Assembly (NCBI GenBank): GCA_963841915.1
Contig: CAWJEN010000003.1
Location: 160,001 to 224,000 of the forward strand
Direction of reading: 5' to 3'
Source of the DNA: an uncultured Planctomycetota bacterium
GTDB lineage: Bacteria > Planctomycetota > Phycisphaerae > Tepidisphaerales > Tepidisphaeraceae
Length of the DNA: 64,000 nucleotides
The position numbers and the translations under genes are program-made. Below are positions 46,478-56,807 of this stretch, piece by piece. Each line of letters begins with the position of its first letter. The first letter of the stretch is position 1. The notes beneath the pieces are model-generated. The model saw only the letters and a program-made list of their open reading frames with translations, searched no databases and was not told where the DNA came from.

Positions 46478-49400
46478 CTACAGCGTGACGACCCCGAGGT
46501 TCTCGAGTCGCACGACTCGGCCTTGCGTGTCGTCGTCGTCGTCGAACAAGCCGGTATCGCTGCCGGTCGTGTCGGCGATGAGAACGTCGACCGCGCCGTC
46601 ACCTGCGGCGAGTCCACCGGGCAGGTAGAGGTCTGGTCCCTCACCGCCCGTCAGCGTGTCTGCACCGTCGTCGCCGCGGAGCACGTCCGGGCCGCCGTTG
46701 CCTTGCAGGTCGTCGTCACCGTCTCCGCCGCCGAGCCAATTACGACCGTTGTCACCGATGAGGACGTCGGCGAACCGACTGCCGAGAACGTTAGCGAACG
46801 TGCCACTGATCGACCCGAACAAGCTGCCGGCACCGAGGATGTCGGTTGCCTGCCGCAGGTCGATGATGACACCCGCCGTCGCACTGGCGAAGGTGATGTC
46901 GTTCGTCCCGCCGGTGTCGGTGATGAGGTCGAAGCCGTTCCCCGCTGCCAGCGTGTCGTTGGCGTCGCCGCTGGTCAGGGTGTCGTCACCCGCGCCGCCG
47001 TCGAGGAACGTGCCGTTGTCACCGTTACCGATGAGCGTGTCGTCACCTTCGTCGCCAAAGGCGCTGCCGTCGGTGACGGTGATGGCATCGTTGCCTGCTC
47101 CGCCGCGGGCGCGGAGGAAGCCGCTGATGGTGTCGTCACCGCTGCCGCCAAGGGCGACCTCGACGTCGTCGCTGATCGTTACGCCACCCAAGGTGTCGCC
47201 GCGAATGAGGGTCAAGTCCTGTGACGATTCGCGGTAGTGCACGATGTCGCCACCGTCACCGCCGAAGACGGTGTCGCCCTCGGCACTCGATTGACCGGGC
47301 AGCAACAGGTCGTTGCCGTCACCACCCATGAGCAGGTCGGCACCCGCTCCGGCGCGGAGCGAGTCACGCCCTTCGCCACCGTCTAGCGTGTCGTCGCCTT
47401 CGCCGGCGTAGATGCGGTCGTCGCCGGCGTTGCCGGTCAGCGAGTCGTTGCCTTCGCCACCGAAGATGACGTCGACGCCGCTGCCGCCGATGAGCGTGTC
47501 GTTACCGAGCCCGCCGATGATGGTCATGGGCGACGTCGCGCTGGACATATCGATGAGGTCGTCACCGCTGGTGCCGAGCACGCGTTCGACGTCGGCCTCG
47601 AGGCTGGCGAGGCTGCCGGTGGAGCCGAGGCCGACGGTGAGGCCGGTGAGGTCGCCGGTGTCGTTGCCGCTTCCACCGCGAAGGGTGACGGTTCTGCCGT
47701 CGAGCGGCACGAGCGTGTCGCTGCCGTCACCACCATCGAGCAGGCCGCTGCCGACGATGCGGTCGCTGCCGGCACCGCCGGCCAGGGTGTCGTTGCCGCC
47801 GTTTCCGATCAGCGTGTCGTTACCGGTCCCGCCGTCGAAGCGGTCGGTTCCGGGGCCACCGGTGAACGTGTCGTCGCCACTTCCGCCGACGAAGGCGTCG
47901 ATGCCCGAGAAGCTGAAGGAGACGGACGAACTGCTGACCGTTTGGCTGACAGCATTAACGTCCAGATCGTCATCAACGCCTACGAACGTGAGCGTGTCGG
48001 TCCCGCCGGCACCGCTGACGGTGCTGGGCGAGCTGAGGCTGGTCAGCACGATCAAGTCGTTGTCGCCACCACCGGTCAGCGTGTCGTTGCCGTCACCGGT
48101 GAGGGTGTCGTTGCCACCGTTACCGATAGCCGATCGCGAGGCTGCCGAGCTGCCGGTGACGTCGATGTTGTCGTTGCCGCTGCCACCAATGAGCTGCTCG
48201 ATATCGCTTGCTATGAAATCGTCTTCACCGCTTTGGCCGTTTTCGCCGGTACTGCGGGCACGCAGGACGAGGTTCGTCGACCGGGCGGCGTAGTCGGCCA
48301 CGTCGCTCCCGGTGCCACCGACGAGTCGGTCGCTGCCGAGGTCGGCCAGGAGCGTGTCGTTGCCCGCGCCACCGTCGAGGGTGTCGTTGTTGGGCGAGCC
48401 GTCGAGGCGGTCGTTGCCGGCGTTACCGAAGGCATTCGTCGGGCCGCCGCCACCGCTAAGGGTGTCGTTACCAGTTCCGCCCAGGAGCGTGACGGGTTGG
48501 GTGACGCTGTCGCGGATGGCGACGTTGTCGTTCCCGCCTGCGGCAGTGACCACGATGCTCGAGACGCTGCCGACGGCAAACGACCGCGTCTCGCCGCCGA
48601 GGGTAGCAACGATGTTGCCACCGGTGTTGTTGACGACGATCGTGTCGGCGTTGTCCGTGCCGTTCACCCGCAGCGTGCTGCCGTCGAGCGTCGCAAACGA
48701 TGGCTGCTCGGGTGGCATCGGCGGCTCGGGCGGCGGCTCCGGCGGTGGCTCCGGCGGTGGTTCGGGTGGCGGTTCGGGTGGCGGTTCCGGTGGCGGTTCA
48801 CTCGTCACCGTCACGTCGATCTTCGTCACGAAGACGTCGTTGATCCCGGCTGCCGAGTCCAGTCGGCGACCGGCCAACAGCAGGTCACCGTCCGCCGTGA
48901 CGACAGAGCTCAGCACCAGATCGCTGAACGCACCAAGGTCGATGGCCACGCTGCCTGGCGTCGTGCTGTCGTCGCTGAAGTCGGTGTCGGGCGAGCCATC
49001 GCTTCGCAGCACAAGTGCGCCGATGTCCGTGCCGCCACCTTGTTGTCCGGCATATCCGCCGAGCACGAGCCGGCCGTCGCTGAGCGTCTGCACGCCGACG
49101 ACCTCATTGGCAAATCCGAAGCCGCGTCCGCCTGCCAGGCGTAGCCGCGGGTTGATCGCCAGCTGCCCGCTCGTGTTGTAGCGGACGATCTGGTTCTCGC
49201 CGTCGTCTTCGTTGATGCCGACGACCGGGCGACCTTGAGCGTCGAGCGTGACGCCGGTGGAGCGGAAGAAGTCGGTTCCGTTGAAGCCGACGAAGGCGTC
49301 GCCGCCGACGCCGAAGGACGTGTCGAGCGTGCCGTTACCGCTGACCGCATAGAGCGAGCTACGCGGCGGCTTGCCGTCGGGGCCGAGCGACCCGCTGTCG

Positions 49401-50125
49401 ATCTCGCGGACGTCGCCAAGTACGAGCAACCGCTGAGCATCACCGCCCTGCGGGGCCGGTACGACATCAACGACATCGAGGCTGATGAGCTCGTCGTCGA
49501 GATCGATGAGGTTGACCGGCGACCCGGTGGAGGCACCGCTTATCGTGAAGAACTGGACGACGGCTGCGTCGCCTTCGCCACCGACGTTGCCTGCCGCGAC
49601 GAGGCGTCCGCTGCTGATCGTCAGTTCAGGGGCGAAGCTGAGCGACAACACGCCGCCCGAGCCGAAGCTGCTGAGCAGTTGACCGGTCGTGCTGAGGCCG
49701 ACGATTTCGCCGGCGTTGCCGTTCTCGCGACCGACGAGCAACGTGCCGTTGGAGAGCGGAAGAAGATCGATTACGCCCGCGGCCGCGGCACGGTTGGGGA
49801 GCTCGACGATACCGTCGGAGCCGAACGACGTGTCAAGCTGACCGTTCGCGGTGAGCTTGGCGATGAACTCTTGACTTTCGCTGCCCGAGCCGTCGAGCGT
49901 GAAGCCACCCGCATAGATGCTGCCGTTCGGTGCGACGGCCAGCTCGACGATCGACTGGCTCGAGACACCGGGGGCCAGGTCGAAGGTAGCGAGGCCCGAC
50001 GTGCCGAAGGACGAGACGAGCTCACCCGCCGCCAGAAGGCGACGCCGTTCGAGTAGTTCCATCGGCGTCAGGAGAAGGGCGGGGGCGGTGGAGTGTGGCA
50101 AGGTGGGGCGGGCGATCGGTCGCAT
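46478..50125 (-). CDS. Large secreted RTX Ca-binding protein with delta-60 beta-propeller repeats and planctomycete LEPRxLL-type motif
   Basis: ELLERRRLLA; repeated GxLDTSFGxxG; (PPPE)n linker; many GGxGNDxL nonapeptides. Start uncertain (50062 or 50125). Confidence 0.88.
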   Translation of the reverse strand: MRPIARPTLPHSTAPALLLTPMELLERRRLLAAGELVSSFGTSGLATFDLAPGVSSQSIVELAVAPNGSIYAGGFTLDGSGSESQEFIAKLTANGQLDTSFGSDGIVELPNRAAAAGVIDLLPLSNGTLLVGRENGNAGEIVGLSTTGQLLSSFGSGGVLSLSFAPELTISSGRLVAAGNVGGEGDAAVVQFFTISGASTGSPVNLIDLDDELISLDVVDVVPAPQGGDAQRLLVLGDVREIDSGSLGPDGKPPRSSLYAVSGNGTLDTSFGVGGDAFVGFNGTDFFRSTGVTLDAQGRPVVGINEDDGENQIVRYNTSGQLAINPRLRLAGGRGFGFANEVVGVQTLSDGRLVLGGYAGQQGGGTDIGALVLRSDGSPDTDFSDDSTTPGSVAIDLGAFSDLVLSSVVTADGDLLLAGRRLDSAAGINDVFVTKIDVTVTSEPPPEPPPEPPPEPPPEPPPEPPPEPPMPPEQPSFATLDGSTLRVNGTDNADTIVVNNTGGNIVATLGGETRSFAVGSVSSIVVTAAGGNDNVAIRDSVTQPVTLLGGTGNDTLSGGGGPTNAFGNAGNDRLDGSPNNDTLDGGAGNDTLLADLGSDRLVGGTGSDVADYAARSTNLVLRARSTGENGQSGEDDFIASDIEQLIGGSGNDNIDVTGSSAASRSAIGNGGNDTLTGDGNDTLTGGGDNDLIVLTSLSSPSTVSGAGGTDTLTFVGVDDDLDVNAVSQTVSSSSVSFSFSGIDAFVGGSGDDTFTGGPGTDRFDGGTGNDTLIGNGGNDTLAGGAGSDRIVGSGLLDGGDGSDTLVPLDGRTVTLRGGSGNDTGDLTGLTVGLGSTGSLASLEADVERVLGTSGDDLIDMSSATSPMTIIGGLGNDTLIGGSGVDVIFGGEGNDSLTGNAGDDRIYAGEGDDTLDGGEGRDSLRAGAGADLLMGGDGNDLLLPGQSSAEGDTVFGGDGGDIVHYRESSQDLTLIRGDTLGGVTISDDVEVALGGSGDDTISGFLRARGGAGNDAITVTDGSAFGDEGDDTLIGNGDNGTFLDGGAGDDTLTSGDANDTLAAGNGFDLITDTGGTNDITFASATAGVIIDLRQATDILGAGSLFGSISGTFANVLGSRFADVLIGDNGRNWLGGGDGDDDLQGNGGPDVLRGDDGADTLTGGEGPDLYLPGGLAAGDGAVDVLIADTTGSDTGLFDDDDDTQGRVVRLENLGVVTL
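48706..48800 (-). repeat. 12-bp coding repeat encoding a (PPPE)n linker
   Basis: About 7 degenerate copies within the RTX gene. Confidence 0.8.
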
Positions 50126-50353
50126 CAGGAGCGATAAGATGTCGTTCAGAGCGGCTTGCGGGCGTGGCCGGCGGTCGACGGACACACGCGAAGTCTACTC
50201 GATAGTCTTGATCGTGGCCGCTGACAAAGTTCGCACAGAACAGGGGACGAATGGTTCAACCTGGCGCCGCTTTGGTGCATTCGCGCGGTAACGACAGGAC
50301 GGGCGGCTGACGTCGCCGGACCATCGGGCGAGCGTGAGCAGGTGCTGCGGGCT

Positions 50354-51703
50354 ATGTTGCAACGTCTTATGAGCGAGCCGAGTCTTACCGCATCGCCCGC
50401 CGATCAGTTGCGCCGCCTCATCCGCGAGCGGAAGGCCGTGGTCGGCGTTATCGGACTTGGATACGTCGGGCTGCCCCTGCTGGCTGCGTTTCACAAGGCC
50501 GGGTTCAGCGTCATCGGCTTCGAGAAGAACCCGGCGCACCTCGAGATGCTGCGTCGCGGCGAAACCTATCTGACGCACCTGGGCAACTCGCTCGTGAGCG
50601 ACATGATCGGCGACCGGTTCGTTGCGACGGATGACGCATCTCGGATGGGCGAGTGCGACGTGCTGCTCAGTTGTGTCCCAACGCCGCTCGGGCCGCACCT
50701 AGACCCGGATCTGTCGGCCGTCCGCGGGGCCGCCGAGGAGGCGGCAGCAACGCTTCGGCCCGGGCAGTTGCTCGTCCTTGAAAGCTCGACCTACCCGCGG
50801 ACCACGCGGGAGATCATGCTGCCGCCCTGCGAGGCCCGCGGCATGACCCTGGGCCAGGACCTTTTCATGGCTTACTCGCCCGAACGCGAGGATCCGGGCA
50901 GCAAAAACTTCAGTACGACGACAATTCCCAAGCTCGTCGGCGGGCTCGACCCGGTCAGCGGCGAGCTGGCGCGGGACCTTTACGAGGCGGCCATCGATGC
51001 GCAGATCGTGCTCGTCGAGTCGGCCGAGATTGCCGAGGCGGCCAAGCTGCTGGAGAACATCTATCGAGCCGTCAACATCGCGATGGTCAACGAGATGAAG
51101 GTCGTGCTCGACACGATGGGCATCGACATTTGGAAGGTCGTCGAGGCCGCCAAGACCAAGCCCTTCGGCTTTCAGGCGTTCTATCCTGGCCCCGGACTCG
51201 GCGGGCACTGCATTCCGATCGACCCGTACTACCTGACGTGGAAGGCCCGGGAGTACGGCCGCACGACGAGGTTCATCGAGCTGGCCGGCGAGGTGAACCG
51301 CGCGATGCCCGAGTACGTCGTCGACCGGACCCAGGACGCCCTCAACACCGCCGGCAAAGCCGTGCACGGCAGCCGGATTCTGGTGCTGGGGCTGGCGTAC
51401 AAGCCCGACGTCGACGACGTTCGGGAGTCACCAAGTTTCGAGCTGATCCAACGCCTTGAGAAGCTCGGCGGCTTGGTCGACTACCACGATCCGCACGTCG
51501 CCCACACGCCGTCCATGCGGCACTACGACGTCGACAAGGCGAGCGTTGATTTCACCGGTGACGCTGTGGCGGCTTATGACTGCGTCGTCGTCGCGACCAA
51601 CCACGCCGCGATCGACTGGCAGATCGTCGCCGACCGGTCGAAGCTGATCGTCGACACGCGGAACGCACTCGACGGCTTCGGCGGCAACGTCGTCAAGGCT
51701 TGA
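50354..51703 (+). CDS. UDP-N-acetyl-hexosamine 6-dehydrogenase (WbpA/WecC/TviB family)
   Basis: GLGYVGLP, CVPTP, YSPERED, GLGGHCIP and GLAYKPDVDDVRESP motifs. Confidence 0.93.
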   Translation: MLQRLMSEPSLTASPADQLRRLIRERKAVVGVIGLGYVGLPLLAAFHKAGFSVIGFEKNPAHLEMLRRGETYLTHLGNSLVSDMIGDRFVATDDASRMGECDVLLSCVPTPLGPHLDPDLSAVRGAAEEAAATLRPGQLLVLESSTYPRTTREIMLPPCEARGMTLGQDLFMAYSPEREDPGSKNFSTTTIPKLVGGLDPVSGELARDLYEAAIDAQIVLVESAEIAEAAKLLENIYRAVNIAMVNEMKVVLDTMGIDIWKVVEAAKTKPFGFQAFYPGPGLGGHCIPIDPYYLTWKAREYGRTTRFIELAGEVNRAMPEYVVDRTQDALNTAGKAVHGSRILVLGLAYKPDVDDVRESPSFELIQRLEKLGGLVDYHDPHVAHTPSMRHYDVDKASVDFTGDAVAAYDCVVVATNHAAIDWQIVADRSKLIVDTRNALDGFGGNVVKA

Positions 51704-51766
51704 GCGGAGCGACCTTGCTAACGCACATCGGGTGATGGAGCAACAAGGTGCACGCTGCTCGATCGC

Positions 51767-52543
51767 TCATCTGCACACAAGGCCCCGCGGCCGCGTCGCC
51801 AGCGCACCGGCCGTGTACGCCAGGTCATGAAACAACTCAATCGCCTCCAATTGAAGCGGGCCGATGTCGAAGCGAAGGTGCTCGGTGTAGTACCGCAACG
51901 CCACCTCTGCAGGCCAGCCACGCGGAACGGCATGCTCGGTGACAATTTGCGGCAACCGATGCATCCCACGTTCCCTAGCCGACGCGAGTTGCTCAGGCAG
52001 GTCGCCTAGGTCCACGCCCACTCGTGCGACCCACACCGCAAATACGAACGGCAGCCCCGTGAGCTGCTTCCACGCACCGCCGAGGTCGAGCTGGTGGTCG
52101 AATTGTTTCGGCTCGTCCAGCACGACCTTGTCGCCGATGAGCAGCCGCGGCGTATCGGCGGCGGCGTCACGCAGGTCGATGTAGCGCGGGAGAAACCCAT
52201 ACTGCTTCTGAAAGATGATCCTTGATAATGCCACGCTCGTGTGGCTGTCGGGGTCGACGGCGAGCGTCGTCACCTCCGCCAACGGCACGCGGCTGAACAG
52301 ACGCACGGTCAGCGTCGGCCCGTCGCAGCCGATCCCGCCGACGGGCAGGACGACAAGGTTGGGTTCTCGCTGCAGATCTATGGTCGGCAGCAGGGCGATG
52401 TCGGCAGATCCATCACGAAGTCGCCCGACCAGGTCGCTCGGCACCTCGAAGCTCAGGTCGCAATGCTGATGCAGCCCTTCGACGAGCGGCCTCGCGTTGA
52501 TGTAGCCGACGCTGGCGACGCGAAGTTGCTTGCAGCTGGCCAC
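51767..52543 (-). CDS. mqnA: Chorismate dehydratase MqnA
   Basis: VGYINARPL, SHTSVAL, LLIGD and DLGGAWKQLTGLPFVFAVW motifs. Confidence 0.92.
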   Translation of the reverse strand: MASCKQLRVASVGYINARPLVEGLHQHCDLSFEVPSDLVGRLRDGSADIALLPTIDLQREPNLVVLPVGGIGCDGPTLTVRLFSRVPLAEVTTLAVDPDSHTSVALSRIIFQKQYGFLPRYIDLRDAAADTPRLLIGDKVVLDEPKQFDHQLDLGGAWKQLTGLPFVFAVWVARVGVDLGDLPEQLASARERGMHRLPQIVTEHAVPRGWPAEVALRYYTEHLRFDIGPLQLEAIELFHDLAYTAGALATRPRGLVCR

Positions 52544-52650
52544 AACTCAACCTAGCGGCGGCCCGGACGCGCAGCTTCAAATTGCCGCCACATGCAGACT
52601 CCTTTTCCTAAAGCCTCACCCGCGGCATCCGTCTTGCCGTACCGTGTGGC

Positions 52651-53334
52651 ATGACGGCGACAGCGGTAGCCGAACCAGAACAAGATGAAACCGACGCGTC
52701 ACCGGCGACGGTGGTCGTGGAGGGCAATGTGGACGAGCCGCCCCGCGCGACGTGGGTCGACCGGGCCGAGGCGTTTCTGAGCCGTTTGAGCACGCGGGAC
52801 AACTTCTGGCACCGCATCTTCAGCCTGCTGTTCCTGCCGCTGGCCTTCTGGAGCGGCATCCGGATGCGAAAGACAGGCGCATCTGTGTCGGAAGACGGCA
52901 CGAACAGCTTCGTCGCGGTGCTGCCGTTCAAGAAGTTCAACAAGAACTGGTACAATGCAATGGCTGGCGCGAGCCTGCTGGCCAACACTGAGATCGCGGC
53001 CGGGATGTACGTCTTTGGCGAATGCGGCGGCGACTACACCGTTGTCTGCAAGAACCTCAACTACACGTTTCTGCGTCCGTGCCTGGGGCCGGCTGTGTAC
53101 CGCATGACGCCGTCTGATGATCTCAAGCGAATGGTCGATGCCGGCGGCGAGTTCAACGTTGCACTCGAAGTTGACATTCGGCAGCTCAGCGTCTCGGCCG
53201 GTGAACGCGAAAAACGTGTCGGTAAGGCGGAGATCACGTTCCACGTCATGCCCAAGCGGCAGGCTAAGGAGCGGAAGCAGAAGATGAAGGATCGCGACAA
53301 GCGGAACAAACTGCTCGCGAAGCAAACGTCCTGA
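52651..53334 (+). CDS. Hotdog-fold/thioesterase-like protein (DUF4442-like)
   Basis: NKNWYNAMAGASL and NYTFLRP resemble PaaI-type motifs. Confidence 0.6.
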   Translation: MTATAVAEPEQDETDASPATVVVEGNVDEPPRATWVDRAEAFLSRLSTRDNFWHRIFSLLFLPLAFWSGIRMRKTGASVSEDGTNSFVAVLPFKKFNKNWYNAMAGASLLANTEIAAGMYVFGECGGDYTVVCKNLNYTFLRPCLGPAVYRMTPSDDLKRMVDAGGEFNVALEVDIRQLSVSAGEREKRVGKAEITFHVMPKRQAKERKQKMKDRDKRNKLLAKQTS

Positions 53335-53388
53335 TGCGGGCGAAGCTCGCTTGGACGACCCGTTGCCGCCGAGCCCTATCGTCGCGAC

Positions 53389-54815
53389 GTGTATGACGTT
53401 TTGACGCTCGACCCGGTGCCGACACTGCAAGCGCGTCTGCGGGCAGAGCTTGCTTTCGCATTTGGTGCGGGTAAGCCGACGCGGTTCGCCCGCGCGCCGG
53501 ACGACTCGACGTCATGGGCGGGATCGCCGACTACACCGGCAGCACCGTGCTGGAGATGCCGCTGGCCGAGGCGGCGGCCGTTGGACTACAACGGCGGGAC
53601 GACAAGCAGGTCCAGGCCTTCAGCTTCAACCTGCTCGACGACCACAAGCCGTTTCAGTTCCAGATTCCGCTCCAATCGCTTGCCTCGCCGCTTGCGGACC
53701 TCCGCAAAGAGCTTGCCGCACCAGGCCGCGACTGGGCCGGTTATGTCGTCGGCTGCCTGGCGGTTCTGCACGATGACGGCTTTGTCGACGTGAACGCACT
53801 GCCGCACGGCTTCAACATCGCCGTCTACAGCACCGTTCCCAGTGGCGGCGGTGTCAGCAGCTCGGCCGCCGTCGAAGTGGCCGTCATGAACGCACTCGTC
53901 GACGAACTCGGCATCACGGTGCTTCGCGACGAGCCGGTCCGACTGGCCGCCCTGTGCCAGAGGGCAGAGAACGAGGTCGTCGGCGCACCGTGCGGCGTCA
54001 TGGATCAGGTCGCCAGTCATTGCGGCGAAGCGGGCAAGCTGCTTCGCATGCGGTGTCAACCGCACGACGTGCTCGACCCGCTCGAGCTGCCGCCGGGCGT
54101 GAAAGTGGTCGGCATCAACACCAACGTCAAGCACAGCGTCGGCGGCGGGGCGTACGGCCGCACCCGCGCTGCAGCGTTCATCGGCCACATGCTCGTCGTC
54201 GACCACATGCACGACCTCGCCACCGAGGCTCGAAAAACCATGACGGCCGACCCAACGCAGGGCTACCTCGCCAACCTCGAGCCCGATGATTACAAGCGGT
54301 ACTTTCGCCCGATCCTGCCCGAGGCCATGACCGGCCGGACGTTCTTGGAGCAGCACGACACGCACGGCGACCCGGTGACGACGCTCGACCCCGACGTCGC
54401 CTATCGCGTGCAGGCTGCGTGCGATCATCACGTGCTCGAGGCCCAGCGCGTCCGCCGGTTTATCGACTTCATCGAGCGGATGGACGAGCACGGCCGCGAG
54501 AAGGCGCTGCGATCGTGCGGCCACCTCATGTACGCCAGCCACAAGAGCTACACCGACAACGCCGGCCTCGGTGCGACCGAGTGCGACGTGGTCGTGGAGC
54601 TGGTCAAAGCCAACGAGTCGGCCGGCCTGTACGGGGCGAAGATAACCGGTGGCGGCTCGGGCGGCACGGTGGCCGTGCTGCTCGACGACACGACCAAGGC
54701 GCGGGCCGGACTCGACATCGTGCTCGTCGATTACGCCACGAGAACCTTGCTGACGCCGCAGTTGCTCGATGGCTCGTCTCCCGGTGCCGCGGCGGTCGGC
54801 TCGAGTACCGTGTGA
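53389..54815 (+). CDS. GHMP sugar kinase (galactokinase / L-arabinokinase-like); 1-bp frameshift near 53500
   Basis: Restoring one G joins RFARAP to GRLDVMGGIADYTG. Also VPSGGGVSSSAA, GAPCGVMDQ and GAKITGGGSGG. Confidence 0.85.
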
Positions 54816-54870
54816 TAAGCGCGTACTTGCCGCACGTGTTGCGGTTCGCCAACGTACAACAGCCGCAGGC

Positions 54871-56076
54871 ATGGAGGCCTCGACCCGCACATCTTCGCTT
54901 CAGCTTCGTCTTGCTGCCGCCTGGCAGCAACTGGCGCTGGCGTCGAACTGGCCGCTCCTGCTTGCGGTCGGCATCTTGTGCGGGGTCGGCCTGCTCACGA
55001 TCGGCAGCGTCGAGCCCGACGTCGCACGCACGCAGGCCGTCTATCTGGCCATTGGCGTCGTGGCGATGATCCTGTTCCAGGCCGTCAACTACGCCCAACT
55101 TGGCAGGATCGCGCTGCCGTTCTACCTCGTCAGCCTCGCCCTCGTCGGCGTAACGGTGGCAGGCTCCATGGTCCCGATTCCATTTGCTCCACGCATCAAC
55201 GGAGCGTGCAACTGGATCCGCATCGGCCCTGCCAGCATCCAACCGGCCGAGCTGATGAAGATCAGCTACATCATGCTGCTCGCACGGTTCCTCCGCTACC
55301 GCACCAATCAGCGGACGGTGCGTGGCCTGCTCTGGCCTATCGGGCTGGCGGCGGTGCCGATGGCGTTGATTCTGAAGCAGCCGGACCTCGGCACGTGCCT
55401 CGTGTTCGTGCCGACGACATTGGCGATGCTGTTCGTGGCCGGTGCCAAGCTCAAGCACTTCTTTGCCGCTGTTGGCGTCGGCTTCGTGCTCCTGCCGATC
55501 CTGTGGCTCAGCGGCCAATCGCACGTGCCCGTCCTGAAGTACGGGCCCGACCTCGTCAAGACGTATCAGCGCGATCGCGTCGTCGCCATGTTCAAGACCG
55601 ACGAGTCGACGCTGCAGGGTACCGGCTACCAGCAGTTCTACGGCCTGGCCGCCATGGGCTCCGGCGGGCTCGGCGGCAAAGGGCCCGGTATCACGCCCGT
55701 CGGCGAGAAGGTGCCTGAAAGTCAGAACGACATGGTCTTCGTCGTCGTCGGTGAGCAGTTCGGCTTCATCGGTAGCTTCGTCGTCATCGCCGCGTACATC
55801 GTGCTATTCGTCGCGGCCATCGAGGTGGCGACGCACACGAAGGAACCATTCGGTCGCCTCGTCGCCGTCGGCGTCACCGCTGCGTTGGCCGGTCAAACAT
55901 TCGTGAATCTGGCGGTCGCGACCAAACTCATGCCGGTGACAGGCGTCACGCTTCCGTTCATCTCCAGCGGCGGCAGCAGCCTCATCGCCAGCTTCATGGC
56001 CATCGGCATCCTGTTCAACATCGGCCAGCACCGCCCACTGCTCCTGGCCCGCGAGGCCTTCAGCTTCGACCGGTGA
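54871..56076 (+). CDS. rodA: SEDS-family peptidoglycan glycosyltransferase (RodA/FtsW)
   Basis: INGACNWI, QPAELMK, QPDLGT, PESQNDMVF and PVTGVTLPFISSGGSS motifs. Confidence 0.85.
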   Translation: MEASTRTSSLQLRLAAAWQQLALASNWPLLLAVGILCGVGLLTIGSVEPDVARTQAVYLAIGVVAMILFQAVNYAQLGRIALPFYLVSLALVGVTVAGSMVPIPFAPRINGACNWIRIGPASIQPAELMKISYIMLLARFLRYRTNQRTVRGLLWPIGLAAVPMALILKQPDLGTCLVFVPTTLAMLFVAGAKLKHFFAAVGVGFVLLPILWLSGQSHVPVLKYGPDLVKTYQRDRVVAMFKTDESTLQGTGYQQFYGLAAMGSGGLGGKGPGITPVGEKVPESQNDMVFVVVGEQFGFIGSFVVIAAYIVLFVAAIEVATHTKEPFGRLVAVGVTAALAGQTFVNLAVATKLMPVTGVTLPFISSGGSSLIASFMAIGILFNIGQHRPLLLAREAFSFDR

Positions 56077-56257
56077 AACGGGTCAAGCCGTTCAATCGCT
56101 CATGCAAGTTGCAGTTCAGCGGGTTCAAAGGGACTCGGCGAGTCGGCATCGATCTTCTTGCTGCTGTGACCTCCGACGCTTGCACCGTCGGTTGCTAAAG
56201 GTTGTCTGAGGAGTCCTGCTGCCGACGGTGGGGTCGGACGTTTGCCTACCTTCTGAG

Positions 56258-56764
56258 GTGCGACGCCTACTGGTCTTAATCGTACTGACAAGTCTGATCG
56301 GCTGTGCGTCGCCGGCGGCGCGGCGGGATGCGACGTTCGGGCCGGTCGGGGTCCGGATCAGCCCGACGTTCAGCCGTGTTGCCGACGGCAGGCTTGAAGC
56401 AGACGTCGAACTTCGCGACGCGTACGGCGACAGCGTCAAGGGCGGAGGCGTGGTGACGCTGCGGCTCTTCAGCTACGACCCGAAGGCACCGCTCGTGCAG
56501 GGTCGCGAGATCGGAACAAGCGCCGAATACGACCTGGGGACCGTCGCGGCACAGCGGCGGCATTGGCAGTCGGTGAGTCAGACCTATCTCTTCGACCTTC
56601 GTCGCGACGGCGTGCAGGATGATCGGCCTTACCTGCTCGTCGCCTCCTACGAAGAGCCGGCCGACCGAGTCCTTGCGACGACGCAGCCGGCGGGGGAGCA
56701 GGCGCAGGCATTTCGCGTGTTCGACCGGGCCGTCCTGCGGCCACGGCCTGGAGCCGGTGGTTGA
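56258..56764 (+). CDS. Hypothetical lipoprotein
   Basis: Lipobox LIGC; ELRDAYGDSVKGGG…W…QTYLF pattern. Confidence 0.7.
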   Translation: MRRLLVLIVLTSLIGCASPAARRDATFGPVGVRISPTFSRVADGRLEADVELRDAYGDSVKGGGVVTLRLFSYDPKAPLVQGREIGTSAEYDLGTVAAQRRHWQSVSQTYLFDLRRDGVQDDRPYLLVASYEEPADRVLATTQPAGEQAQAFRVFDRAVLRPRPGAGG

Positions 56765-56807
56765 ACGAGTTCCGCATCGGCGGCAAGGTCGCTACGCTGG
56801 CGACGAC

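Noticed and set aside
56077..56257. Possible ncRNA or small ORF ending …ELQLA* (tmRNA-tag-like)
   Set aside because: No tRNA-like ends or other tmRNA hallmarks; only short GC hairpins.
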